In this document: piece by piece, positions 19,918-30,240 of the stretch
How positions within the stretch are numbered: position 1 is the first letter of the stretch
How the letters are laid out: each line of letters starts with the position of its first letter
NCBI GenBank assembly: GCA_964291405.2
Contig: OZ219926.1
Span: forward strand, 1,344,001 to 1,408,000
DNA length: 64,000 nucleotides
Direction of reading: 5' to 3'
Source of the DNA: Thermodesulfobacteriota bacterium
GTDB taxonomy: Bacteria > Desulfobacterota > Binatia > Bin18
Translations under genes and position numbers: made by a program
Notes under the pieces: model-generated
Seen by the model: the letters and a program-made list of their open reading frames with translations, nothing else
What the model was told of the DNA's origin: nothing
Database searches by the model: none

Positions 19918-21183
19918 ATGGGGCTTAATACCATCGAGAACAACGCTGTAGGGGTTAATTCGTCGGCCTATGTGCCTTCTCTCCAGCTCACCGCCGGGCA
20001 GCCGGCACCCATCGCGGCGAACGGCGGTTTGTCCTACATGTCGTTCGATCAGGACGGGGATGCGGGAACCGCGGCGGCGATGGAGGCGGCGATCCGCCAG
20101 GTTGCCGAGGGCGAAGGGCAAGCGGTCATCGACATGATCGAGAACGCCCCTCCCGGCCCGATCGAGACCAGGTGGGGTCTTGGGTTTCGGAGCTACGACG
20201 AGTGCCTGGACTATATTCGGGCGAACAACATCCAGGCTCCCGAAGGCGGCGTCGCACTGCCGTTGCGCTACACGGTCTACGAGCAGCCGTCCTACTCGGT
20301 CGTCTCGTCCAACGCCATCTGGCGGGACCCGGCGCGCGCGGATGTGGCCAAAATGTTTCGCCAGGAAGAGCAGGAGATCGGGCGGAGAGGTCTCTATTTC
20401 CCGCAAATCCTGCGCGACGCGCGCCGGATGGCAGAGTACTACCCCGGTCTCTCGCCCACGAGCCCCGAGTGTATGGACAAGCTCGGCGTCTCGCTCGCCC
20501 ACTGCGAATCGAAATGCCAGAATTTCTACGACGCCGCCGAGGTGGAGCGCGTCTTCTACCCGGAGATCGAGAAACTCCTGCTCGATTTCTTCCCCGGTGC
20601 AACGGATGCACTCGTGTATAACCACGACGTGTTTGACAAGGACTACACGGGCCCCGTCAAGGAAGATCAGGACAACAAGGACCCGGGGGTCAACACCTTC
20701 TACGCCAACATCGTGCATAACGACCTGAACGACAACAGCGGCCGCGTGCGGTGCCGCGAACTGCTGACGAAGAACCTGCGCAACTTTGGGCGCCGGCAGC
20801 ACTACACCGAGGCGGAGGCCGACGCAAAGATGTCGCGGCGGTTCATGTCGATCAACCTGGCCAAGCCGATGGAGACCGTGGGCCAGAACCCCTTTGTCCT
20901 GTGTGCCTGGCCGTCGTTTGCTGACCAGCCGTATATCACCAACTACCGCATCTACGACGACCGCGTGGGCGAGACCACCCGCTTCACCTACCGTCCCAAC
21001 CATGAGTGGTACTGGCTTCCGCAGCAGACGTCGACCGAAGTGTCGATGCTCAAGTGTTACGACTCGGTGACCGACGGCTCGGTGTCGCGGTGGTCGTTCC
21101 ACTCGGCCTGCATCGACCCGACCGCGCCCAAGGACGCCCCGTGCCGCAAGAACGTGGTCGTCCGCTCCTATATCTTCTTCTAG
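19918..21183 (+). CDS. CmcJ/NvfI (AsaB-like) oxidoreductase with N-terminal extension
   Basis: 'FYPEIEKLL', 'VHND', 'INL.KP...V...P..LC', 'H.WYW', 'LKCYDS..HSA..DP..P.DAP.R.NV.VR'. Confidence 0.75.
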   Translation: MGLNTIENNAVGVNSSAYVPSLQLTAGQPAPIAANGGLSYMSFDQDGDAGTAAAMEAAIRQVAEGEGQAVIDMIENAPPGPIETRWGLGFRSYDECLDYIRANNIQAPEGGVALPLRYTVYEQPSYSVVSSNAIWRDPARADVAKMFRQEEQEIGRRGLYFPQILRDARRMAEYYPGLSPTSPECMDKLGVSLAHCESKCQNFYDAAEVERVFYPEIEKLLLDFFPGATDALVYNHDVFDKDYTGPVKEDQDNKDPGVNTFYANIVHNDLNDNSGRVRCRELLTKNLRNFGRRQHYTEAEADAKMSRRFMSINLAKPMETVGQNPFVLCAWPSFADQPYITNYRIYDDRVGETTRFTYRPNHEWYWLPQQTSTEVSMLKCYDSVTDGSVSRWSFHSACIDPTAPKDAPCRKNVVVRSYIFF

Positions 21184-21346
21184 GGAGACAACCCGACGTA
21201 GCGCTCTCCTCGCTGCGTCGGGGAGATCAGGGACGTAGCAATCTTTTACCCGGTGGGTGAGTGCCGGTTGCCAACGCGCCGCCCCCACTCGCCCGCGCTG
21301 ACAGATTTTCCGGTTCGAGGTATTCACCGCATCTTAGAGGGACAAA

Positions 21347-22525
21347 TTGACGACATACGAACCTTTCACGGTCGACATTCCGGAAACGGCTCTCGTAGAT
21401 CTTCGCGAACGTCTGCAACGGACTCGACTGGCACCGGAGTTCGCGAACGATGATTGGCGCTTCGGCACGAATGGGGCCTATTTGCAGGAACTGCTGGACT
21501 ATTGGGCGACAGATTTCGACTGGCGCGCACAAGAAGCCGCGATCAACCAGTTTTCGAACTACAAAACGACGATTGACGGTGTTCCTATCCACTTCATCTA
21601 TGAAAAAGGCAAGGGTCCGAACCCGACGCCGCTGATATTAAGCCATGGCTGGCCTTGGACGTTCTGGGATTGGCACAAAGTTATCGGTCCGCTCACTGAT
21701 CCCGCGGCCTACGGTGGCGATCCAGCAGATTCATTTGATGTCATCGTGCCGTCCCTGCCAGGCTTTGGTTTTTCGACACCACTTACGACGACCGGGTTCA
21801 ATTTCTGGCGCTCTGCTGATCTGTGGGTCTCACTCATGCGCGAGGTGCTGGGTTACGACAAATTTGCCGCCGGCGGAGGAGATTGGGGTTCGCTCACAAC
21901 CGCCCAACTGGGACACAAATACGCCGAGCACATGATCGGCGTGTACCTACTTTTGATGGCGCCGCTCACGCTCTTCAACGTGCCGCTCAGCACATTACCC
22001 GAAGAATCGGAGTTTTCCGCAGATGAAGCCGGTTGGTACGAACGAAACCAAGATTTTTTCACGGATGGAAGTGGCTATTCGGCCATTCAATCGACGAGAC
22101 CCCAGACTATTGCCTACGCAATGAACGACTCGCCCACCGGGTTATGCGCCTGGCTCCTGGAGAAACGCCGCAGTTGGAGCGATTGCGGCGGCAATGTCGA
22201 GAGCCGCTTCAGCAAAGATGACCTGCTGACGGGGATCAGTATCTACTGGTTCACCCAGTCGTATGGAACCTCGGCACGCTACTACTATGAGTGTACACAC
22301 AACCAGTGGCAGCCAGCGCATGATCGGACCCCGGTGGTCGAGGCCCCGGCCGGAGTTGGCGTGTTTTCAGAAGAGGCGTTCTTCATGCCACGGAGCTGGG
22401 CCGAGCGTTATTACAACCTTCAACATTGGACGATGATGAAACCTGGCGGGCACTTTGCGCCGATGGAAGAGCCACAGGCGCTTACTGAGGACATACGGAC
22501 GTTCTTTCGCTCATTGCGGGGATAG
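21347..22525 (+). CDS. Epoxide hydrolase
   Basis: HGWPWT, 'VPSLPGFG', GGDWG, 'GGHFAPMEEP'; TTG start after GAGGG. Confidence 0.92.
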   Translation: MTTYEPFTVDIPETALVDLRERLQRTRLAPEFANDDWRFGTNGAYLQELLDYWATDFDWRAQEAAINQFSNYKTTIDGVPIHFIYEKGKGPNPTPLILSHGWPWTFWDWHKVIGPLTDPAAYGGDPADSFDVIVPSLPGFGFSTPLTTTGFNFWRSADLWVSLMREVLGYDKFAAGGGDWGSLTTAQLGHKYAEHMIGVYLLLMAPLTLFNVPLSTLPEESEFSADEAGWYERNQDFFTDGSGYSAIQSTRPQTIAYAMNDSPTGLCAWLLEKRRSWSDCGGNVESRFSKDDLLTGISIYWFTQSYGTSARYYYECTHNQWQPAHDRTPVVEAPAGVGVFSEEAFFMPRSWAERYYNLQHWTMMKPGGHFAPMEEPQALTEDIRTFFRSLRG

Positions 22526-22712
22526 TGTCCGCCCAGAAACCGCGCTCAATAACGACGCCGAACGTAGTGCGCGCAACGCTTCAGCACGGAAAATTCATAC
22601 TCAAGCCCAACAGACCTACAAAACCAGTGAACGGGATCCCATCGGAACGAAATTGAGCGAAAGATCCAGAACAACCTGCTCAAGAGCGTCAGTGAGGAGG
22701 CGCGCTGCTCCG

Positions 22713-23159
22713 TCAGGCTAGGATGGCCTGAAATTCCTCCTCTGTTGGCTGGGTCTCAAACTTCGGAATCGCGGGGTTCATCGCATCCCACGGTTGGGCA
22801 CTGGCCGTCCAAATGTCGGCGGTAGGCCGAACCCAACTGGGATCGTCCAAGCTACCGACGCGGAGGGACATCATGGCGGGATACGCCGACGGGAGGGCGA
22901 CCAGCGGAGAGCTACACGTCGGACAGAAGCCATGGCGGACCGAGGTTCCGCGCTCCCCAACCGTCTCATAGTATTGAGGGCTCCCTTGGGTGAACTGCAC
23001 CTTGGCGGCAGGAACACCAACGACGGTACTGTGTGCGCTGCCCGTGATACGTTGGCAGTCACGACAGTGACAATTGAGAGACATCATAGGCTCAGCCGAA
23101 CAGGCATACCGAACCGCGCCACACGCGCACCCACCCGTAAAGGGAGTTGAAACCGGCAT
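22713..23159 (-). CDS. GFA family protein
   Basis: 'GGCACGAVRY', 'CHCRDCQR.TGS', 'FCPTC.S', 'GSLDDP'. Confidence 0.9.
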   Translation of the reverse strand: MPVSTPFTGGCACGAVRYACSAEPMMSLNCHCRDCQRITGSAHSTVVGVPAAKVQFTQGSPQYYETVGERGTSVRHGFCPTCSSPLVALPSAYPAMMSLRVGSLDDPSWVRPTADIWTASAQPWDAMNPAIPKFETQPTEEEFQAILA

Positions 23160-23312
23160 AATAGAACCCTCCTTTTGCCTACGGCCTTAGCAGGGTGGCG
23201 GGTGTGTCACAAGTCGAAAGGCGAAGGCGTTATTGGAAGCGCTGGCAGAAGCTGATTCTTGTCCTGACTTGTGGTAGATGAGGGTGAGAATACATTTTTG
23301 AGGGGCGCAAGG

Positions 23313-24251
23313 ATGACAACAGCACAGATCAATTATGCCATCCCGAACGCGGATGGCAGCCAGCGCTACGCGTATGACAACAGTTTTCAACCACTGCCGG
23401 CCGGGGTGACGCGGCGCAAGAATGGGGAATCGCAGACGTGTACCGTTGAGGTGCACGACGGCCGGACGTTGTCACCGCCCCCATCGTTAATGAGAAACGG
23501 CTATTGCCTGGCCCGGGATTTCGACACCGCACTCGATTTACAGAGCGAGGGCTTGGACTCCGAGAAGATCGTGCATACGTATTACCCCGAAATTCGCCAC
23601 CTCGTCACTGAAGCGCTTGGCGGTGCCGACGCGGTGAAACGCGCGATTGTTTTCGACCACACGATTCGCTCAAGGGTCCGAAGAGCCACAGGAGAAAAAG
23701 AGACCAACGGCGAGAACGTCGGCGGCTATGCGAGTGCGGCGCATAACGACAACACGAGTGCTTCGGCGAAAAATCGGGTGCGCTTATTGTCTCAAGCGAA
23801 AGCGGCAGGCGGGAGTTTGACCTTGCCCACACCGCCGGTAACGGAGCGCGAGGCGGAAGAAATCGTGTCCGGACGGTTTGGGATATTTAATGTCTGGCGG
23901 CATTTCCGCAAGGACTACCCAGTCTTGGATTACCCACTCGCGATACTCGATGCCCAATCTACCCGTCCGGAGGACTTCCTCGCCAGTCTCTATATTTATC
24001 CCGACCGAGTAGGGGAAGTGGTCAGTGTTGTCAGAAATCCCGAGCATCGTTGGATCTACTATAGCGAAATGCGTCATCACGAGGCTTTGATTTTTAAAGT
24101 GTTCGACTCTTCATCCGAACTCGGGGTGTGCACCGCCGAACAATGCCCGCCCAATACCGCGCATACCTCTTTTCGCCTCGCCGACTCGGATGCTTCCACA
24201 CCCGCGCGCGAATCGATTGAGTGCCGGGTTTTGGTGGAGTTTATGGCATAA
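23313..24251 (+). CDS. CmcJ/NvfI (AsaB-like) oxidoreductase
   Basis: 'YYPEI', 'FDHTIR', 'AHND', 'NVWR', 'PLAILDA', 'HRWIYYS.M...EAL.FK.FDS', 'RESIE.R'. Confidence 0.82.
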   Translation: MTTAQINYAIPNADGSQRYAYDNSFQPLPAGVTRRKNGESQTCTVEVHDGRTLSPPPSLMRNGYCLARDFDTALDLQSEGLDSEKIVHTYYPEIRHLVTEALGGADAVKRAIVFDHTIRSRVRRATGEKETNGENVGGYASAAHNDNTSASAKNRVRLLSQAKAAGGSLTLPTPPVTEREAEEIVSGRFGIFNVWRHFRKDYPVLDYPLAILDAQSTRPEDFLASLYIYPDRVGEVVSVVRNPEHRWIYYSEMRHHEALIFKVFDSSSELGVCTAEQCPPNTAHTSFRLADSDASTPARESIECRVLVEFMA

Positions 24252-24369
24252 CTGATGATTTCGGGTGGAAACCGATGATTCCTGTAGCGACGTGTGGTAC
24301 GAGTGAGGATATCGTGATGAGTGCACACCACAGTGACTCCTCACAGGGGAGTCACAATTTAACAATACT
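24243..24369 (-). mobile_element. IS6-family left-end remnant (degenerate IR + transposase 5' codons)
   Basis: Minus strand AGTATTGTTAAATT (IR-like, 24356-24369), hairpin GTGACTCC/GGAGTCAC, then TRTTRRYRNHRFPPEIISYA. Confidence 0.75.
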
Positions 24370-24423
24370 GTACGGTAAGGTAGCACGAGGGACCGCGCTC
24401 ACGCGCGGAAAGGAGGGTCTCAA

Positions 24424-25599
24424 ATGACATTGACCGCAACTGAACTCTATACCGGCAACTACGGTATCATGGACACGGACGGGCATATCATTGAACCGGC
24501 TGATCTGTGGACCGGCGACCTGATGGAAGCCAAGTATAAGGATCGGGGCCTCCGCTTCGGTCGGACTGCTGAGGGGCCGCATCTCCAGCTAGACGGGCAA
24601 TTCCTCCGAGGCAATGACCTCAAGAGTGTACAAGCGATCATGGGTATGGGTCGGACACTCACGGAGATGGAGGGATTAAAGATGGAATGGCCGGGGGACG
24701 CTGATCCAGCTGGCTACAACCCCACGGCGCGACTGGCCCGAGCGGACGCTGAGGGACTCAAATACACCGCTATCTTCACGTCCCTCGGGCTCCTGTGGAA
24801 CACCCACATCACGGATATTGAGTTGGCCCATGCAATGTGTAGGGCCTACAATCGGTGGGTGATTGACTTCTGCTCCGGGAGCAATGGCCGGCTTGTGCCG
24901 ATAGCGCATTGCTTTCTTGGGGACCCCAAGGTCGCCGCGGAAGATCTCACAGCAGCGGTGAAGGCAGGCGCCAAGGGTGCGATGATCGTGACCTTTAATA
25001 TCCGGAGATTACCCTTGGGGGATACGGAATGGGACCCCTTTTATGCCGCAGCGCAGGATCTGGATGTGCCTATTTGCATCCACGTGTCTGGCGAGCTCCG
25101 GGAGTATCGGCCGTTTACCAGAATCCAGCCTAAAATCCTGCATGACGGTGGACAATTTCTGATGTCCGTCCTGGGTGGCAGAGTGGCAATGGAAATCGCT
25201 CTCGTAGATATGTTTCAGTACGGGCTGTTCGAGCGCTTCCCGCGACTGCGCGTCGGCTTCTTTGAAGGAGGCGCGGGTTGGGTCCCCTCCTTGCTCGATA
25301 AGATGGAAGCGGTCTTCGATACCCAGGTCGGTGAGCGCAGCATCAAGCGAACCGCTCGACCGAAGGAGACGTTCGCTCAGCAATGCTTTGTGAGTGGCGA
25401 TCCAGACGAAACGGGGTGGGCAAAAACAATCGAAGACTTCGACTCCCATCAATTCGGCTGGGCGTCGGATTTTCCGCATCCGGACCACCCCGGAAACTAT
25501 ATGGAACATCTTGCTCACCTCGCCGGGAGCCTCCACACACCGGAAGCACGCAACGGCCTGTTAGGAGATGCTTCGGTCCGGTTTTTCGGGCTGGCTTGA
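24424..25599 (+). CDS. Amidohydrolase_2 family protein
   Basis: 'DTDGHIIEP', 'RAYNRW..DFC', 'FERFP.LR..FEGGAGW', 'WASDFPHPD'. Confidence 0.9.
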   Translation: MTLTATELYTGNYGIMDTDGHIIEPADLWTGDLMEAKYKDRGLRFGRTAEGPHLQLDGQFLRGNDLKSVQAIMGMGRTLTEMEGLKMEWPGDADPAGYNPTARLARADAEGLKYTAIFTSLGLLWNTHITDIELAHAMCRAYNRWVIDFCSGSNGRLVPIAHCFLGDPKVAAEDLTAAVKAGAKGAMIVTFNIRRLPLGDTEWDPFYAAAQDLDVPICIHVSGELREYRPFTRIQPKILHDGGQFLMSVLGGRVAMEIALVDMFQYGLFERFPRLRVGFFEGGAGWVPSLLDKMEAVFDTQVGERSIKRTARPKETFAQQCFVSGDPDETGWAKTIEDFDSHQFGWASDFPHPDHPGNYMEHLAHLAGSLHTPEARNGLLGDASVRFFGLA

Positions 25600-25700
25600 G
25601 GACGTCTACAGCACGCATTCGCCGGCAAGCCGCTGCACTTGCCGGTTTTTGTCAAAAGAATGTCCTGTCCTTGGGCACTGTCATACAGCTGAGGAACTCC

Positions 25701-26513
25701 ATGGCCAAACCTCGTTTCCCGACGGACGGTCCACTCCGCCTGTACTACCACCACACCAGCAGCGCCTCGATGCGCGTGACGCTGTATTTACGGTGTCGTG
25801 GCGTGCTGTCTTCGCAAGTCACCCTGGTGAGTACGGGTTTCGGCACCGATGACCGCGGTATCCCCGTTTACAGCATGCCGAAAAACGATCCCGAAACGGA
25901 GCGGCTGGGTACGGCGGATCTGAAGGCATTCAACCCGGAGGGGCGCGTCCCCGTACTGTTGCTGCCGGACGGAAGAACGATGACGCAATCGGGTCCGATC
26001 ATCGAGCTGATCGAAGACTGGTTCGATCATGACGGCCCGCCGCTGTTGCCTGCTGACCCCTGGCTGCGGGCGCAGGTTCGCCGCATCATGTGGATCATTG
26101 CTGCCGATACCCAGCCGTATCAGAATATCCCGTTTATTATCCAGGCAATCGGCGAATGGGGTATGACCAAAGCACCTCCGACGGAGCATCCGCTCCGGCT
26201 GCACTTCATCCGCCGTGAATTCGGGGCCATCGAACACATCATGTCGCAGTGTGCAGGGAAATTCTCTGTCGGCGACTCGATCACCTACGCCGACTGCTTC
26301 ATCGTCCCTCAGATACGAAACGCGCTGCTGGCAGGCATTGACCTGCCTCATGAGTTCCCAACGCTGAACCGCGTGTGGGAAAACATGCTGGCCGTGCCCG
26401 AAGTCCACGCGGTTCTGGACCAGGCTGGCGGTGTAGTTCAACCGCTATTTTTCGATAAGGAAAAATTCGAAGTCTACGCTGACAACGCCAAACCCGAGGC
26501 GGGGTTGTCGTGA
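25701..26513 (+). CDS. Glutathione S-transferase, zeta/maleylacetoacetate isomerase-like
   Basis: 'SSASMRV', 'NPEGRVPVL', 'TQS..IIE', 'LLPADP..RAQVR...I.ADTQP.QN', 'GD.IT.AD...VPQ'. Confidence 0.8.
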   Translation: MAKPRFPTDGPLRLYYHHTSSASMRVTLYLRCRGVLSSQVTLVSTGFGTDDRGIPVYSMPKNDPETERLGTADLKAFNPEGRVPVLLLPDGRTMTQSGPIIELIEDWFDHDGPPLLPADPWLRAQVRRIMWIIAADTQPYQNIPFIIQAIGEWGMTKAPPTEHPLRLHFIRREFGAIEHIMSQCAGKFSVGDSITYADCFIVPQIRNALLAGIDLPHEFPTLNRVWENMLAVPEVHAVLDQAGGVVQPLFFDKEKFEVYADNAKPEAGLS

Positions 26514-26534
26514 TGAATCGTCACAGATCCTCAA

Positions 26535-27736
26535 CTACGCTTCGCTAACGACACGGCTCGCGGCTTCGACGGCCCCTTCGCCATGGGGGATGTTCAGCGC
26601 TTTCAGACCTGCGTCGATCACCGCGAGCATGCCCAAGGTCATGTGCGCATTCACGTGACCCATGTGGGCGACGCGGAAGAAACCATGGTAGGCAGGGTCG
26701 GAAGGTTCCGCCATGCCCAGTCCGATGCCCAGGGTCACCCCGGACTTTTTTTCGGTCCAGCGTCTCAGCTCGGTGGCATGAGGGGCATCCATGGAAGCCG
26801 CAGTGACCGAGTGGGAACGGTCTTTTGGGTCGTTGATGTTAAGACGAATGGAACTGCCCATTCCCCAAGCATCGAACGCGGCCCAGACCGCTCGGCTGAG
26901 TTTCGCATGCCTGTCCCAAGCTGCCTCGAGTCCTTCCTCTTCCAGCAGCATAGTCAAAGCTTCACGCAGTCCAAAAAGATGGTGCGTCGGGGCGGTACCG
27001 AAAAAGTAGTGATAAAACACTTCCGGGTGGATTCGCGGACGGATATCCCAGTAAGGGGTAACCAGGTCCGCTTTCTTCCGAGCTTCGAGCACCCGTTGGT
27101 TGAAAAACATGAAACCCAGTCCCGGCGGAGTCATCAGGCCTTTCTGGCTGCCCGCCACCATCAGGTCTACGCCCCAGCTATCCATTTCAAAGGGTTCACA
27201 GGCCAAGCTGGCCATGGAGTCGACCATGTACAAGGCCGGGTGCCCGGAGGAACGGATGCACTCGCCCAGGGCGGCGAGATCATTTCTCACCGAACTGGCC
27301 GTGTCCGTTTGCACGACCAGAATCGCTTTGTAGCGACGGTTCGAATCGGCTTTCAGCTTGGCTTCTACCTGATCCAGGTCCACCGGAGCCGATTTGCCGA
27401 AATCCACCAGGTCGACCTCCACCCCGAGCCGTTCAGCCATGCTGGCCCAGAATACGACGAAGCGTCCCGTAGCCAGGGCGAGCACCCTGTCCCCGCGCGA
27501 GAGGATGTTGGTCAGGGCGGCCTCCCAGGTGCCGTGCCCGTTGGCGATGTAGATGGCGACTTCCCCGGAACTCCTGGCCACCCGGTTCAAATCTGGAATC
27601 ATGCCTTCCACCATTTCGTGGAGGGCGCGCCCTCATAGATATTCGGCGCGGCCTGGTGCATTGCCTGCAGGACGCGGTCCGGAATCACCGAAGGACCCGG
27701 AATAGCAAGATAGTGACGACCATGGCTTAATGACAT
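26535..27736 (-). CDS. Class V aminotransferase (serine/alanine-glyoxylate type), frameshifted near 27628
   Basis: N-terminus MSLSHGRHYLAIPGPSVIPDRV lies in another frame; a 2-bp excess in GGCGCGCCC joins it to ORF 26535-27614 carrying 'GSQKGLMTPPG' (PLP lysine). Confidence 0.82.
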
Positions 27737-27765
27737 CGAATTCCTTGCCTCTCTTTTTCTCTTTG

Positions 27766-28058
27766 TTACGCGGCTTCAAACTCTACTCTTTGGACATGTG
27801 AGAGATCTGTCGTTTTTCTGGTTTGCCACAAGCCATAGTTGTCCTGCATAGCCAGCCAGCTCTCCGGGGAACGACCCAAAGCCTTCGACAACCGCAATGC
27901 CATTTCCGGGCTGATAGCGCTCCGCCTATTAATGAGGCGAGTCAGCGTTGAAGGGACAACTCCTAAACTCGCCGCCAGTTACCGCATGCTTATGTCGAAC
28001 GGTTCAAGGTAGGTGGACCGAATAAACTCTCCGGGATGTGGGGGTTATACATAGTCAT
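27766..28058 (-). pseudogene. higA: HigA antitoxin pseudogene
   Basis: MTMYNP[fs]HPGEFIRSTYLEPFDISMR*LAASLGV...ISPEMALRLSKALGRSPESWLAMQ: one frameshift and an internal stop. Confidence 0.8.
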
Positions 28059-28170
28059 GAGTCATAATCCTCATAGTCTAATATGTGTATGTTTCCATCC
28101 TTAAACTCAAACGTAGGCCGCCAGTTACCGCTTGCCCATATTGACCAGCGACCCTTCAACTTTCCAGCCT
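28055..28170 (-). pseudogene. higB: HigB toxin 3' fragment
   Basis: 'LKGRWSIWASGNWRPTFEFKDGNIHILDYEDY'; N-terminal half absent. Confidence 0.75.
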
Positions 28171-28326
28171 CCCCGAGATCGCTTCGGGCAGAGAGTATCA
28201 GCAAAGCTGAGAAAGGGAAATTTTCTAAACCTGAAGAAACATGCAACGTCTCTCATTTTCTTGGGCTTATTGAATTAACGGCACCAACGCACGTGGGATA
28301 GTCCTTGACCCCCAATGCATGCTGTT

Positions 28327-28599
28327 TTAGAAGCCATCTGGTTCAAAAATTGAAGTTGCCTGAGTGGGGAAGATGCGCAGGTCGGACCAGCTCGCACGCA
28401 ACTGTTTACTGCAGTCCTTGCCCGAAAACGGCTCAGTCGCGTAAAGGACATGGACCTCGACTCCCGCTGGCATCTCCCTCAGGAGGCGCAGCAGGGCTTC
28501 CCCGCCGCTGCCTTGACCCACCAGCAAGTGGTATAGACCACTGGGATCAGGCTTAAGAGTCGTGTAGACCGGCTTACTCTTGATGCCTGTGACTAACAT
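28327..28599 (-). pseudogene. 5' fragment resembling dimethylamine monooxygenase subunit DmmA
   Basis: 'MLVTGIKSKPVY..L..D..G..HLLV.QG.GG.AL'; RBS AGGAG; truncated after about 80 codons. Confidence 0.5.
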
Positions 28600-28717
28600 T
28601 GATCACGAGTCTCCTCTCTACCCAAGTGTTCTGCTCAGCCGCCACGCTTCGGAGCCGTAGTGTACTCAAGCAAATCCAACACTTTTCACTACCCGCAGCA
28701 AGAGCCAGCTGGCTGGT

Positions 28718-28914
28718 TCGGTGCACGGTCCCATCAACAATCTCTTTCGTGTTGAGCGCCATCTACTGAAAGCCGCGCATTATCGACTGCTCCTTGCTCG
28801 GGCCTTTACGACGTAGCGAGAGATGACGTATGTCCAGCATGCAGCCTAACGGAAACACACAGTGACCTCCGCATATGATGCTCTTCGCCTTTTTCTTAAT
28901 AACTTGACAAAACC
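28718..28914 (+). mobile_element. IS6-family right-end remnant with terminal IR
   Basis: SVHGPINNLFRVERHLLKAAHYRLLLARAFTT*REMT (IS6 C-terminus) then AACTTGACAAAACC (28901-28914); second IR-like TACCTGACAATACC at 28978-28991. Confidence 0.8.
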
Positions 28915-29026
28915 CTGCGAAGTTAGCACGATGATTCCGGTGGGACCGGTGACGTCTGGTCTGTCCCTTGCCTTTCATACCTGACAATACCGTTTTAGAG
29001 TCTTTCAATCACAGGAGCTTGAAGCC

Positions 29027-29383
29027 ATGGCTAATCCATTATTTTCCAAGATAGGTAACAAAACGGTTACACCCATCGAAACTGACCTCGACGGCTGGAA
29101 GAAGGTCGAAGGTCACCCGACTATGAAGACTTGGATCGAATACACCTCGGATGACAAATCGATGATCAGTGGCTGGTGGGAAGCTACACCCGGCACCTAC
29201 CATGCAAGCTACGAATCCTGGGAATTCGTCCACCTGATTGAAGGCCAGATCACGATCACGCCAGATGGAGGTTCTCCGCAGCAGGTCGGCCCCGGAGATG
29301 CGTTCGTGGTTGAAAAGGGCTTCAAGGGAACCTGGAAAATCCAGCAAAAGGCACTCAAGCATTTTGCTATTAAACTGCAATAG
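29027..29383 (+). CDS. Cupin (DUF861/EutQ-like)
   Basis: 'G.WEATPG.Y...Y..WEF..LIEG...IT..GG....V.PGD.F....GF.GTW'. Confidence 0.88.
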   Translation: MANPLFSKIGNKTVTPIETDLDGWKKVEGHPTMKTWIEYTSDDKSMISGWWEATPGTYHASYESWEFVHLIEGQITITPDGGSPQQVGPGDAFVVEKGFKGTWKIQQKALKHFAIKLQ

Positions 29384-29614
29384 TGGGCCTTCAGCTCGGG
29401 AAGCTGGCATACGGTTTCGAGGATATGCGGAGCACAGTATATTTGAGGCGTCATGCCGAGTTCCGGATCATGCCGAGTTTTGACCTCTCATCCCTCTGCG
29501 ACTCAATCAGGTTGGTGGGTTCCCATTCTCTCTACTCGGGGAACGATATCTACCTGCCAGAAAGTGGGCCATTTGCTGGCAGAGCGAGGGTGGAAGGCGG
29601 GAGGCCGGACGTGT

Positions 29615-29730
29615 GGGAAAGTAGAGCCAGACTCGACTATCCACCCAAGCCATATGGAAAGATCATAAAGTGGGATATCCCCGCAGCATTTGCGGAAGAA
29701 GTCCCATTAGTCGAGTCTGACCCCATATAT
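29615..29730. repeat. REP/MITE-like element bounded by inverted CAGACTCGACT/AGTCGAGTCTG
   Basis: Pieces recur at 46988-47015, 47857-47879 and 51230-51268. Confidence 0.7.
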
Positions 29731-29752
29731 CGAGCGTGGTTATCGCACGCGA

Positions 29753-30055
29753 TCAAAGCTGCGGCGCTACCTCAGAAAGAAAGCGCGCGATCTGCCCCCT
29801 CTGGTCGTATGAAGGGAAACGGATGATCATCGTTTGCACGTCGGCCGCGTCGAACGCGCGCAGCCGCTCTACACACTCCGTGGGTGCACCGTAGCCGGTC
29901 CAGACGTTCACTTTCCATTCCGGCCAATCCGAACTGTAGTGCTCATCGAGGAAACGCTTACTTTCCGTGTATGCGGCTACACGGTCGTCGTTGATGTTGA
30001 GGTTGAAGTACAGTGCATTTTCCATCCGTGCGGGCTCTCTGCCATGGTTAACGGT
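29753..30055 (-). pseudogene. 3' fragment of LLM-class oxidoreductase
   Basis: 'GR.P...ENALYFNLNI...G.PTECVERLRAF.AA....IIRF....QR.Q..RF..EVAP.L*'. Confidence 0.7.
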
Positions 30056-30240
30056 GGCGGTAAGAATCTCCTGCTAAGCCATGCTGAACTGTTTCGGCGT
30101 CGCACCTACTGTCATCCACCCAGGCAGAGAAGTACCCATAAAAGTTCTAGCCTAAATCAGGTTCCGTACAATCATTACTTCTTATAGCACCTCACCATAT
30201 CAAATAAGGCTTGGCTTCCACTCTGAGTTAGGAGCAACAC

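Noticed and set aside
19900-21327. 475-aa antisense ORF (likewise 26583-27638, 53802-55154, 55798-56694)
   Set aside because: Shadow ORFs opposite well-supported GC3-rich genes, with no recognisable motifs
22713-22715. TGA of the GFA gene as another Sec codon
   Set aside because: Domain is already complete, there is no Cys-equivalent position, and another stop follows within 8 codons
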